The notes below the pieces were generated by a model that was not told where the DNA came from, did no database searches, and was given only the letters and a program-made list of their open reading frames with translations. Positions 1 to 16,017 of a stretch of DNA of 64,000 nt are shown one piece after another. The position numbers and the translations under genes are program-made. Within the stretch, counting starts at the first letter, position 1. Every line of letters starts with the position of its first letter. Source of the stretch: the human T2T-CHM13v2.0 reference genome, Homo sapiens; NCBI RefSeq assembly GCF_009914755.1, contig NC_060936.1, one strand, 5' to 3'.

Positions 1-3613
<3,613 letters not shown>

Positions 3614-3676
3614 TATGATGTTAGCTTGTTATTTTGCTCATTAGTTGATGCAGTTTCTTCCTAGCCTTGATGGTCT

Positions 3677-4686
3677 TTACAATTTGGCATGATTTTGCAG
3701 TGGCTGGTACGGGTTGTTCCTTTCCATGTTTAGTGCTTCCTTCAGGAGCTCTTGTAAGGCAGGCCTGGTGGTGACAAAATCTCTCAGCATTTGCTTGTCT
3801 GTAAAGGATTTTATTTCTCCTTCACTTATGAAGCTTAGTTTGGCTGGATATGAAATTCTGGGTTGAAAATTCTTTTCTTTAAGAATGTTGAATATTGGCC
3901 CCCACTCTCTTCTGGCTTGTAGAGTTTCTGCCGAGAGATCCGCTGTTAGTCTGATGGGCTTCCCTTTGTGGGTAACCCGACCCGGCTGCCCTTAACATTT
4001 TTTTCCTTCATTTCAACTTTGGTGAATCTGACAATTATGTGTCTTAGAGTAGCTCTTCTCGAGGTGTATCTTTGTGGCGTTCTCTGTATTTCCCGAATTT
4101 GAATGTTGGCCTTCCTTGCTAGGTTGGGGAAGTTCTCCTGGATAATATCCTGCAGAGTGTTTTCCAACTTGGTTCCATTCTCCCCATCACTTTCAGGTAC
4201 ACCAATCAGACATAGACTTGGTCTTTTCACATAGTCCCATATTTCTTGGAGGCTTTGTTCATTTCTTTTTATTCTTTTTTCTCTAAACTTCCCTTCTCGC
4301 TTCATTTCATTCATTGCATCTTCCATTACTGATACCCTTTCTTCCAGTTGATCGCATTGGCTCCTGAGGCTTCTGCATTCTTTACGTCGTTCTTGAGCCT
4401 TGGCTTTCAGCTCCATCAGCTCCTTTAAGCACTTCTCTTTATTGGTTATTCTAGTTATACATTCGTCTAAATTTTTTTCAAAGTTTTCAACTTCTTTGCC
4501 TTTGGTTTGGATTTCCTCCTGTAGCTCGGAGTAGTTTGATCGTCTGAAGCCTTCTTCTCTCAACTCGTCAAAGTCATTCTCCGTCCAGCTTTGTTCCATT
4601 GCTGGTGAGGAGCTGCATTCCTTTGGAGGAGGAGAGACGCTCTGCTTTTTAGAGTTTCCAGTTTTTCTGCTCTGTTTTTTCCCCAT
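3677..4686 (-). pseudogene. L1 ORF1p (RNA-binding chaperone), frameshifted near 3985-4005
   Basis: 246-aa track ORF matches ORF1p up to VEMKEK, then leaves frame because of a small deletion plus an extra base; normal stop at 3677-3679. Confidence 0.92.
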
Positions 4687-5723
4687 CTTTGTGGTTTTAT
4701 TTACTTTTGGTCTTTGATGATGGTGATGTACAGATGGGTTTTTGGTGTGGATGTCCTTTCTGTTTGTTAGTTTTCTTTCTAACAGACAGGACCCTCAGCT
4801 GCAGGTCTGTTGGAGTTTGCTAGAGGTCCACTCCAGACCCTGTTTGCCTGGGTACCAGCAGCAGTGGCTGCAGAACAGTGCATTTTCGTGAACCATGAAT
4901 GCTGCTGTGTGATCGTTCCTCTGGAAGTTTTGTCTCAGAGGAGTACCCAGCTGTGTGAGGTGTCAGTCTGCCCCTACTGGGGGTTGCCTCCCAGTTAGGC
5001 TGCTCAGGGGTCAGGGGTCAGGGACCCGCTTGAGGAGGCAGTCTGCCCGTTCTCAGATCTCCAGCTGCATGCTGGGAGAACCACTGCTCTCTTCAAAGCT
5101 GTCAGACAGGGACATTTAAGACTGCCGAGGTTACTGCTGTCTTTTTGTTTGTCTGTGCCCTGCCCCTCGAGGTGGAGCCTGCAGAGGCAGGCAGGCCTCC
5201 TTGAGCTGTGGTGGCCTCTACCCATTTGGAGCTTCCCGGCTGCTTTGTTTACCTAAGCAAGCCTGGGCAATGGTGGGCACCCCTCCCCCAGCCTCGCTGC
5301 CGCCTTGCAGTTTGATCTCAGACTGTTGTGCTAGCAATCAGCGAGACTCTGTGGGTGTAGGACCCTCCGAGCCAGCTGTGGGATATAATCTCCTGGTGCG
5401 CCGTTTTTTAAGCCCGTTGGAAAAGCGCAGTGTTAGGGTGGGAGTGACCCGATTTTCCAGGTGCCATCTGTCACCCCTTTCTTTGACTAGGAAAGGGAAC
5501 TCCCTGACCCCTTGTGCTTCCTGAGTGAGGCAATGCTTCGCCCTGCTTCGGCTTGCGCACGGTGCACTGCACCCACTGTCCTGGGCCCACTGTCTGGCAC
5601 TCCCTAGTGAGATGAACCCAGTACTTCAGATGGAAATGCAGAAATCACCCGTCTTCTGTGTCGCTCATGCTGGGAGCTGTAGACTGGAGCTGTTCCTATT
5701 CAGCCATCTTGGCTCCACCCCTC
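4687..5723 (-). promoter_or_regulatory. L1 5'UTR: sense promoter (minus), antisense promoter (plus), YY1 site at about 5702-5711, 129-bp ZNF93-bound segment at about 4815-4943
   Basis: Collinear with the L1PA 5'UTR; AGCCATCTTG is the reverse of the YY1 core CAAGATGGC. Function is inferred from family knowledge. Confidence 0.8.
5270..5524 (+). CDS. ORF0: L1 antisense ORF0 homolog, open for 84 aa (translation not demonstrated)
   Basis: From ATG 5270: MVGTPPPASLPPCSLISDCCASNQRDSVGVGPSEPAVGYNLLVRRFLSPLEKRSVRVGVTRFSRC..., matching primate L1 ORF0. Confidence 0.6.
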   Translation: MVGTPPPASLPPCSLISDCCASNQRDSVGVGPSEPAVGYNLLVRRFLSPLEKRSVRVGVTRFSRCHLSPLSLTRKGNSLTPCAS

Positions 5724-5739
5724 AATCTTCTTTAATATT

Positions 5740-6130
5740 AAAGATATGCAATTAAAAATGAGACATCATTTTTTGTTACCTATAGCTTTAGCAAAAATTA
5801 AACAAATTAGAGTACTAAATGTTTGCAAGAATATTGAGAAACAGAAGTACCTAGGTAATTTTAGTGCGAATGTGAATCCACATAACCCTTTTGGCGTAGA
5901 GAGCTATGTATTAAAATTTTGGATATCCATACCCTTTAATCTAGGAAATTCACTTATAAAAATTTATTATATTTTAGAATTTTATTCACACCAATACCCC
6001 AAAATTATGTATACAAGAATAATTAATACAACAATAGAAACCAACAAAGTCATCTGAGCTTCTATCAACATAAAAACAGTTAAGATATTATCCATTGGAT
6101 CACTAAGCTATTGTGCAGTATATAGATATT
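5740..6130 (+). mobile_element. Old L1M (L1ME-like) 3' fragment, target of the L1PA insertion
   Basis: Degenerate ATGCAATTAAAA.ATGAGACATCA...GAGAAACAGAA...GAATGTGAAT, resembling the L1 ORF2 3' end. Confidence 0.5.
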
Positions 6131-7342
6131 TAAAGACATCGTATACATTTGTACATGCTCATCTGCACATTTGGCCACTATTTTGCAAGTTTAAAAATGC
6201 AAGTTCCCCAAAGTTAAACATTTATTTTGTGAAAGTATTGCAAAAAGATTTTACATTTTTCTAATTTCTGTTTTATTATTCCTCACTCTTCATGAGATGC
6301 TACCTTTTTTTCTCCGACTAGGAGAACTTTTACTTCTGTTTTATAACTTTCTGTTTTATTTGAATTTGGTTTCATAAAATAATTCAAAAACATAAAAGGG
6401 GTAGATCAGAATAAATATTTTAAACCTTTTATTTTTACAACTAATGACAAGTCAGTATATGGTGTCTTCTGAACACCAGCATAAAGACATTCTGCACACA
6501 GTTGAGAAAAGTAAGAATGAAATCTTGCCTGGAGAAGCAAGTTTGAGAATCATTAGCAGTGGGTTTAGATGAAGCCTCCTAAGGTAAATGTGTATACTGA
6601 GAAAAGCACATAGACTGAGGGCTATGACATTTAAGCAGTAGATGTAGCAGAGGAGCAGGAAACAGAACCTGACCTTCGATAACTTTTCAACGTATTGAAT
6701 AAATGAATAAAGAAGTTAACAGGTTTTTACTGAGAACCAGGAAAGATACTTATATGTAATATCAAGAAGGAAGACATTTTCTAAGAAGGAGTGTCAATCA
6801 GTTTAACTGTTGCAAAGCTAGGCCACCAATGACCTCCATATTGCTTCATTTGTGACCTAGAATGGGAGGTAGAAACCAGATTGTATCAGGTTGAGGAGAA
6901 ATAAAAAATAAAAAATTGCAGACTGTGAGTTATACACCTTTTAAAATAAATTGGCTGTGAAGGGAAAAATAATAAAGTAGAACTCATAAGGGGTTGTGGG
7001 CATAAGAAGTATTGTGTTTAAGACTCTAATGTTTAGACCTGAGTCACTTAAACAGGAGTGTATTCTGGGATAACGTTTGAAAAGAAACAAAATCTGTTAA
7101 TGACTTAAGGCTCTATCTCTCTAAGGCCAAAAAAGAGAAAAGATGGAAAACACCAGGATTCCCAACATTTACATATTAATGAAGAACCATCCAAATAATA
7201 AGATGGTATTTTTTCTTCTGTAAAATCTTCCTGCTTATTTGTCACCTTTAAGTGTAAAGTTTGTAAATGCTACTTATGCATAGGTAATTCATTAAGAGTT
7301 CTTTTTTTATAAGGAAACGAAAAATTCATGGTCATATATCTA

Positions 7343-7846
<504 letters not shown>

Positions 7847-9856
7847 TTATCTAGCAATAAATCTGTACTTAATGAAGCTTTAATAAAAAGGAGAGTAGAC
7901 AACCTTTGTGTGTGCTTAGTTCAAATAAAGTATACATGCTTGAGCTTCAAAGAAAATAAAATATAATTATTTTACACTATTTGCACTATGCTTGAAGCAG
8001 TGGACTTGGTAGAGGCCAGCCAGCAGAAGCCTGCAATAGAAGAATACAGGCTTTTTGATTTTATGGCAATGGGTCTATTTTCATGAGACGTGATTTTATG
8101 TTAAGAAATGAAATGGTTTGAAATTGATTCTACTGCATGGGAGGAGAGAGGAGCATAGCATATGAAGAACACATTTTGCAAATGCTTTCTTTCACCAAAG
8201 CCTATGGGAGGGTGAGAGGAGATAATGAACTCTTACCTGAACTCATCTTTCCTTCACTATTTGTAAGAGAGAAAATAAAAAATGCAAATGAGAGCAATTT
8301 TTCTGCTAGTAACAGCAAGAGGTCATGTTGGATCAGGTGATTTACAGAATTGTTAGTCACCATACGTGTTTAGGATTGTTCCTTACCTTTTTCTTTCTTC
8401 CTCTTAGTGCTATCCTTTCTCCATTTATCTTTTCCTTCTTAAAGATTCCACACATGAAAAGTGGACTAAGTACCTGGCACCAGGGAAATCAGAAAACTTT
8501 TATCAATAAAAATGGAATAGTCCTCTCTTTAATTAATATGATTTATTAGATTTGAAGCTAGATCAACAACTCCTGCTAGAGTTTCCCATGTAGCTCTCTC
8601 ATTGCTATTGTAATCTATTGAGCTCTCTACTGTACTCTCCTAGTTAATTCTGGTACATTCTCCAACAATTCTGAAAATGACTTAATGCTGCTGTTATGTT
8701 TAAGAGTCTGGTGATGTCCATTTTCCTTATGCCTCTTGTAAGGATGTTTGGATTAAGTAGAGAAATGTTACATTATAAAATGGCCACAGTGGACCATAAA
8801 ATTATTAAAATTCTTCTTTATAAACCACAAATAAATGGTGGAAATGGTGAAGAAGAAGAAGAACATTGGTAGAAATTTTATTTATTCTAAATAATACGAA
8901 CAGGAAAAAAGTTTCTTTTGAAATAACTATAGCAGCTCCTAGTTTCATTGTATGACTAATGGCATTGCCTTAACCCTGTTGTTAAAAATATATCTTTCTT
9001 CAAACTGACAGAGACAAAATTAAGTTTGTATCTTAAGCTTAACCCCAGCCTGGTCTAACATTTCATTTAATAACTCCATATAGTGAGACTTAATATTAAC
9101 AGTTCAATGGTACTAACTCAAAATGACATTGTGTCAATTGGTTCTATTTTCAAAAACAATATTTATATAATATTTATGCATATGTTGTCAAGATCAGCAC
9201 TTGGTAAGTTTTTATTCACTCTTAAAGTCAAACTCAAGGTCAACCATTTTTGCCCATATTGATTTGTCTACCTCTTGTGCCAAACCCTTTATTAGCTCTA
9301 TCACAAATTTTGACATTCAATTATATGCTGTGGTTTATTTATCATTAATTGAGAATATGTCCCAATGAGGAATTAAACTATTTAGTATAGTAATCACACA
9401 GTAATTTAATTCTCTCAATTACCAACATACTCTGGAAACTCAGCAAAGACTCAGCAAATGCTCAGAGAACTAAAAATATGGGACAGAAGGAAGATTGTCT
9501 TATAGACATAGTTTAGACTTTGACTCATGTTGAAAAATCATTTTTCCCAGATTCACAGAAATAAAGAAATTCCAGTATTGGAAATGACTTGAAGTTATAT
9601 AGTCTAATGTCTCTGGCTGGCAGCATAACTAAGACGTGGTTGGCCAATCTCTAGTAAGAATGAATTACCACTTTCCAAGGCAGTTATGCCTTTTCAGATG
9701 GTTCTGACAGCAAGTTTTATTTCAAGCTTAAATTCAGCTCCTTGTAACTTCTACTGACAATATCTCCACTATGGCCATACTCTTGAAAAGAGATTTTGGG
9801 TTCCCATTTGTCTTCTCTTTTCTAGTTTGCTTAATAATTCCTCATATCCCTTCATA

Positions 9857-10290
9857 TATTGGTCAAGATGCTTTTGACTATGAAAAACAGCAAACTCTGA
9901 CACTAATAAGCTTAAGCAATATGGAAAATTATTATCTCAGATAACAACAAGAGGCAGATGGATTCCAATGTTGGTTGATTTAGCTACTCAAGGATGGTAT
10001 CAAACACTCTCATTTTCTTTTCCTTCCTTTCTGTCTCCTATCATTCTTGGTGGTGTCTTCACTATTAGGCTGATAGAAAAATGGCTTCTTTTCATATATC
10101 AGACAAGGAAAAGATGGAAAATTATCTTTTCTTGTCCATCTTTCTAGAGATTTTTTTCTAGAGTTCTCAGCAGGTTTCATGTCTCATTAGAAAAAAAAAT
10201 TAGGCAACATATCCAATGTCTGAAGCAATTCCTGGCAAGAGTGATGAAATTACATATAATTGGTTTAGATAAGTTATCTGGTGTGAAATA
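9857..10290 (-). mobile_element. Old MLT1 (ERVL-MaLR) LTR relic
   Basis: GGTCAAGATGCTTTTGACT...AACAGCAAACTCT...GCTTAAGCAA pattern typical of the reverse 3' end of MLT1K/L-type LTRs. Confidence 0.5.
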
Positions 10291-11311
10291 GATTCAACTG
10301 CAATTCTATTACACATGGCTAGATATAGTTTTTATTTGCTTTTATGTTCGATCTCTTCTTTATGCAGGTGATTATAAACTAATGGATTTTAACCCTTTAT
10401 ATTTTGAAGATCATTAGCAAGTCACTATTTTATGTTACAACCAAGCTGTACCTAATAGAAAGTCTTGCTGATTCGATGATTAAGAAAAAAAAAAGGAGGT
10501 TCCTTGTGAAATAAAAGTGCTGATTTATTTTAAGTAATTTGTACCTACCTTAGAGTGTATCTTTTTGTATTTTGTACTTTGAAAACATTATCTTAGATTT
10601 ACATTCAATTAAGTAGATAAAACTCCTACACAATGAGAATGATTTCATATGTTGAAATAAGTTATAATCTTATCTAAAAGTGTAGTTGGTGGTTTTCAAG
10701 CAAATATTATAATTTTGTCTCCGTGTTGGGTGACAAATTTTTGTTCTTTTCAAGGTAGCAAATAATGCATTCAGGCTTTTAAAATTTTTTCTTTCTTTTC
10801 TATCATGCTCATTTAATGAAAGTAGCAATTTAATATATAATTGGTAAACTAAATAGGCAGGTATTATACTTTTATGCACACAATAATTATAATGGGATTT
10901 ACACAATTGCCAAGATAAAAGAATCACATTAAACAGGAGCAAAGGAAGACATACGATATTTAAGTTCTTTCCTGATACAGACGGTTGCATACTGAGAGAA
11001 ATTGTCTCAATAAGATATACTAGCTGCATCACAATAATGGAAAATTTCTGATAACACTAGGAGCTCATCAAATACACATACAAACACATTCACTGGAAAT
11101 CATAAAACCTAAGTAAGAAAAATTATTGAGTTTTTCTTTCATTGCTTAGATAATTACTTAGCTGTCATATAAATACTTAGCAGAGTATACCATTTCAACA
11201 GTATACAATATATAATACAGGAAGCATGTTTCTTCTTAACTGTTGGGATAAATTTTTGTTTCATGAATAATTTAATTTATTTATAAAATGATCTTGCACA
11301 GAGCACTTCAC

Positions 11312-12108
11312 TGATGGCGACAGGAGACAGACAAATTCTTAGGCAGACAGGGTCGGGTCCCCCAATAAAACTCAACCTTCAAACCAAGGACAATTTAAAG
11401 CCTGAAAACTAAGCTGCCAATCCTGGATAGAGTCCACGACTGAAGCGAGACCTTCTATCCGTGTCTTATCCACTCTCTCGACTGGTTCCTTCTGGATGAT
11501 GCCTTTTAACCAATGAAATGGTGCTTTTTCCAAGAACACCTATGGACCCATCAGCATGCACTTCCCCATTCTAAGGCCATAAAAAACCCACACTCAGCCT
11601 CACAGAGGGCTACCCACTTTCCTCTTGCAGGGGACAGCTTTCCTTTTGTCACTCAATAAAATTCTTCTCTGCCTTATTCACTCTCTGGTGTTTGTGTACC
11701 TTATTTCTCTTGGTCTCGGGACAAGAACCAGGAACTTACCAAGCTGTGGGAGGTGGGAATGAAAGAGCTGTAACTCTCCCTCCCGCTTGCCGAACTGTGG
11801 GAGCAAAAGAGCTGTGATGCTCCTGGCTGCCTCGCCAACCTGTAGGTGGTGGGAATAAAAGAACTGTAACCCTCCTTCCTGTTTACTGAACTGTGAGAGC
11901 AAAAGAGCTGTAACACGCCTGGCCAGCTCGCTGAGATGCGGGTGGTGGGAATAAAAGAGCTGTAACCTTCTCTCCGGCTCACCAAACTACAGGAGTAAAA
12001 ACGTTGCTGGGTGCCACTCCCTCCTGCTCACCGAATTATGGGAGTGAAAAAGTGAAAAGCCACTGGGCACAACTCCCTCCTGCTCGCTTAACTACTGGAG
12101 CCACAACA
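11312..12108 (+). mobile_element. ERV1 solo LTR (LTR27/LTR28-like)
   Basis: TG...CA termini; TGATGGCGACAGGAGACAGACAAATTC start; CCAAT, CATAAAA TATA-like box and AATAAA in LTR order; 4-bp flanks TCAC/TTAC; GAGCTGTAAC repeats in U5. Confidence 0.85.
11740..12100 (+). repeat. Degenerate tandem repeat with 96-bp period in LTR U5
   Basis: GGTGGGAATRAAAGARCTGTAAC recurs at 11752, 11848 and 11944. Confidence 0.9.
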
Positions 12109-12599
12109 TTACTAGGCACCATAGGGCAGGTTAAGACCTAGTTCCTAGTCTTCTGATTACATTATTTATAAAGCAAATTTTTCTCTCCTGACATTCTACA
12201 AAAATGCAGAAAATGGATAATAAGCACAGTCCATAAAGACAAATAATTTCAGAGAAGAAACACAACAAACAAGCAATGTAGACCAACTTATGAAAGAAAG
12301 AAAACAGAAGGATGAATAGTAAATACCTTAGGTGTTTTGTTATTTTGCTCTGCTAATGGCTAGTAAGAGAGAAACCAGTGAAAATCAACATGCAGAACTG
12401 TGGAAAGATTCAGAAAGTGAAGGATCCATATATAGAAGTGTGGTGTGGATTGGTTGAAAGTGTTTGTGACAAGCTGTCAAAATGGGACTTATTTTCTGCT
12501 AAGATCTCAACAGATGAAGAATAAAATAGGAAGTTGGAAAGAATTCTTGCATTCCAAAAGATAAAGCAAACAATGGCACTGACAAGTTTTAGCAAAACA

Positions 12600-13570
12600 T
12601 CCATCTAATAGATAAAAAAGTATCAAGCATGAAGAGACTGGGACAAAAATCTTTTTGGAGACAATTACAAGAGCACTAGAGAGAGAATGTTGCAACATTT
12701 TCCCTCTTCACCCTACCTCTCCATGGTTCTGTGGGAAAGAAGGTGGCCTTTGTCTCTTACCCCAAGCCTACGAGAGAACCTTCAGTGGAATTCCATTGAA
12801 ATCTTGAATTTGATCCCAAGGGCACATGCATTTGAGTTTTACCCATTCCAGAAAAAACTAAAACTTGCTGCACTAGGAGTGATGGGAAAGAGAAGTTTCT
12901 TTTCTGGGATCTAGATATTGGATCCCTGGGTGAGCAAGATCCAGCCTCAATCATTTTACAGGGAACCTTAGTCAAGACTGCTTCTTGCTACAGGCAACAT
13001 AATCTCAGTAGAAAAAGATGAGAATTGTACATATGGATGTAGAAGCTGAAGATTTTGTTCTTATTACCTTTTAGTTGTGTGTGTTTTTTAATGTCCAGCC
13101 AGAGGAAAGGCACTGGCTCATTGAGGCAAGTGAAGTCAGGCGGTCCCACTGTAGGATCTCTCTAGAACCAACTTCAAGAGGGAATGAATCAGTTTTAAGC
13201 ATTCTCCAAGCCCAAAGAACAGCAAAGCCTGATGGTAACAGAGTCTGTTAACCAACACCTTGTTATTCCTCTCCACTCTTTCTTCTCTTAGCCCCAACAC
13301 TGGAGAAATAAAAAATCAGGTGGAGTCAGCTGGTGGGAGAAAGGAGATGTGCAGGCCTGGGAAACAGAGAAGCTGAGCAGATGCTTATTTTCCATATTGA
13401 GTGGTTGAGGTCCCTTACTGAAAGGCCACAGGGCTGGGGAAAGAAAAATGCTGCTCTCTCAAGTCAGAAGAAACCTTTTATGATTAAGCTTAATGAACAT
13501 TTTTATTAGTTAATCAAGATTGCCCTTGGGTCTAAAATGACTGAATATTGTTAAAGTTCTGCAATATCCT
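12600..13570. mobile_element. Possible ancient mammalian gypsy-like LTR relic
   Basis: Composition and weak motif resemblance only; boundaries and family uncertain. Confidence 0.25.
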
Positions 13571-13639
13571 ACATATCTAAAAGAGTATATAAACTATGTG
13601 TGACATAGCTGTAAATTTAGATAGTAATTATAGAGCAAA

Positions 13640-15730
13640 TGTTGTGTAATCACTACCCAAAATTAAGAAATCTAACATGATCAGACCTTAGAAGCCATTT
13701 CTTATATGCATCTTCTCTATCATTGCACTCTCCTACACCAACCCTCCGACATTGGTGGCAATAATTTTTCTAATTCTCTTTTTAGTTTTACCAGGATTAA
13801 TTCATTCTTCTTACTGTTGATGGACATTTGAATTGTTTCTATGTGGACATTGAATTGTTCCTTTCTAAAAGGAAGGTCCTTTTAGAACTGACCTTCCAGT
13901 GAACATTTTTTATGCCTCTTTTAATGCACATACACACTAGTTTCTCTAGGGGTTACATTTGGCGTAGAGATTTAGAGTCCTAGGATACACATTTCTCTAT
14001 CAGAGGTTTCCAATTTAGACTCCCATCACAGTGCATGATAGTTTCTCTTGTCCCATGTGCTCACCAACACTTGTTACTGTCTGAATTTTCAATGTTTGCC
14101 AATTTAGTGGGTTAAAAAGGGTATTATACTGTGGACTTATTTCTTTGATCATCAGTGCAATTAATCACCTTTTCTTATGTTTTGCATTAACCTTTTGGAT
14201 TTCCTCTTTTCTTATATGCCTGTTCAAGTATTTATTTTTATTTTAGGCTGTCTGTCTTTTCCTTGCCAATTTAAAGGAATTCAGTATGTATTCTGAATGC
14301 TAGTTTATTTTGTTTCTTTTATGTTGTGCAGAAATCGACCTTGTAACTGGCTTTCTGCTCTCTTTGACTTTTGATGAATATAGATTATTTAATTTTTCTT
14401 AATTAGACATACAATTCAATTACACATGGAATTAAGTTTAATACATTTCAATGTACCAGTGTTTTTAGTGCTCTGTGTTTCAAGAAATTATCACCTTACC
14501 AAGATAATGAAGTTATATTTTATTTTATCTTCAAAATAAAACAAGAGCTTTATAAATTTCCTGTACCCATTTAGATCATTAATCCTATTGGAATGCATTT
14601 TTGTGTATTTTGTGAGATAGAATCCTTTTACTTTCCTGTTTTTTTCCTTATGGCTAGCTATGCAATTCTCCTGGCACCAATTAATGAAAAACACTGCTTT
14701 TCTCTGTTGATCTGCATAATCACTGCTGTTTTATAACAAGCATCCATAGTGTTGAGTGTCTTCCTAGGCTGTATATTCTGTTTCATTAGTCTGTTTGTCT
14801 ATCCCTATATAATATCACACTTTAATTAATATAGCTTTACATATGCTTGAAATTTGAAGAAAAATAACTATTTTCTTTTTTATCAATAGCATCAAGGTTA
14901 TTCACGACCCTTTATATTTTCATATAAGTCATAGAATTTGTAATATAAATATAAAATATGTGTAAGTATAATTCTATAAATTATAGAATCAGTTTTTCAA
15001 GTCCACATTGAAGCATACAAAAACCTTGTTGTGATTTTCATTTGTATTACAAGTGATCTATTTATCAATTTGAAGAGAATTTACGTTTCCTATTACATTT
15101 CACATGGAGTCGTCCAATTCATGAAATAAGGCATTTCTCTTATTTTCATGTAGATCTGTTTTAAGAGTTACTATGGACTGAATTGTGTCCCCTCAATTCA
15201 TATGTTAAAATCTTAACCCCCTAAGTGACTATATTTGGGGATAAGGCCTTTAGGAGGTAATTAAGGTTAAATAAAGTCATGAAGGTGAGGTCCTAATCCA
15301 GTAAGGTTGATGGCCTTATAAGAAGAAAAAAGACAGATCTCTCTCTCTCTCCCTCTCTTTGTCCATCAGGAGACCACAAGCACACAGCAAGAATGTGACC
15401 ACACATAAGCCAAGAGAAGAGGCCTCAGAAAGAAATCTGCCTTGCTGGCATCTTAATTTAGGACTTCCCAGCCTCCAAAAGTGTGAAAAATACTTCAATA
15501 TTGTGATGTTAATGTAAATGACATATACTTAAAAATTCCTTTTTTTTGTTTCTTATGGAAAAATGAAATTGATCTCTATATTTTGATCTTGTATCAATAA
15601 ATCTTGTTAATCTCTCTTATTAAATGCCAACTACTGATCTATAAATTCTTTTAGAATTTCATACAGAAACAAAGATATCTATGAATAATGAAAGCTATGG
15701 TTTTTTGCAATCTTGATTTTTTTTGCCTTA
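13640..15730 (-). mobile_element. Old L1M (L1ME-like) 3' region interrupted by an MLT1A LTR
   Basis: TGTTGATGGACATTTG, CTCACCAACACTTG, CTGTTTCATTAGTCTGTTTGTCTAT are reverse L1M hallmarks. Confidence 0.75.
15167..15497 (+). mobile_element. MLT1A-like MaLR LTR, 3'-truncated
   Basis: CTATGGACTGAATTGTGTCCCC...GGTAATTAAGGTTAAAT...CCTTATAAGAAGA...GGACTTCCCAGCCTCCA. Confidence 0.85.
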
Positions 15731-15771
15731 ATGTGCAGATAAGGGCCTAATTTAGAAAGTCTGAGGTGGAC

Positions 15772-16017
15772 TCTGTGAATCTTCATTTCTGACCAATATC
15801 CTTGGCTGAATATTGAATGTTTATGAATTTCCAAATTACAGTAATTGGGTTGTAAAGTTCTGATTGGCAGATATTTGTTGATTGACTCACATTGTCTGTG
15901 AATCTTCATTTCTGACCAATATCCTTGGCTGAATATTGAATGTTTATGAATTTCCAAATTACAGTAATTGGGTTGTAAAGTTCTGATTGGCAGATATTTG
16001 TTGATTGACTCACATTG
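15772..16017. repeat. Perfect tandem duplication, 2 x 123 bp
   Basis: 15772-15894 is identical base-for-base to 15895-16017. Confidence 0.98.

Noticed and set aside
10670-11032. 120-aa minus-strand ORF
   Set aside because: AT-rich composition, non-ATG start, no recognisable domain or splice structure.
11740-12100. Regularly spaced repeats as a CRISPR-like array
   Set aside because: The intervening sequences are themselves homologous rather than unique spacers, the array lies inside a primate ERV LTR, and there are no cas genes.
15679-15957. 92-aa ORF with an internal peptide repeat
   Set aside because: Produced by the 123-bp (41-codon) DNA duplication; non-ATG start, runs into an L1M relic, no recognisable domain.
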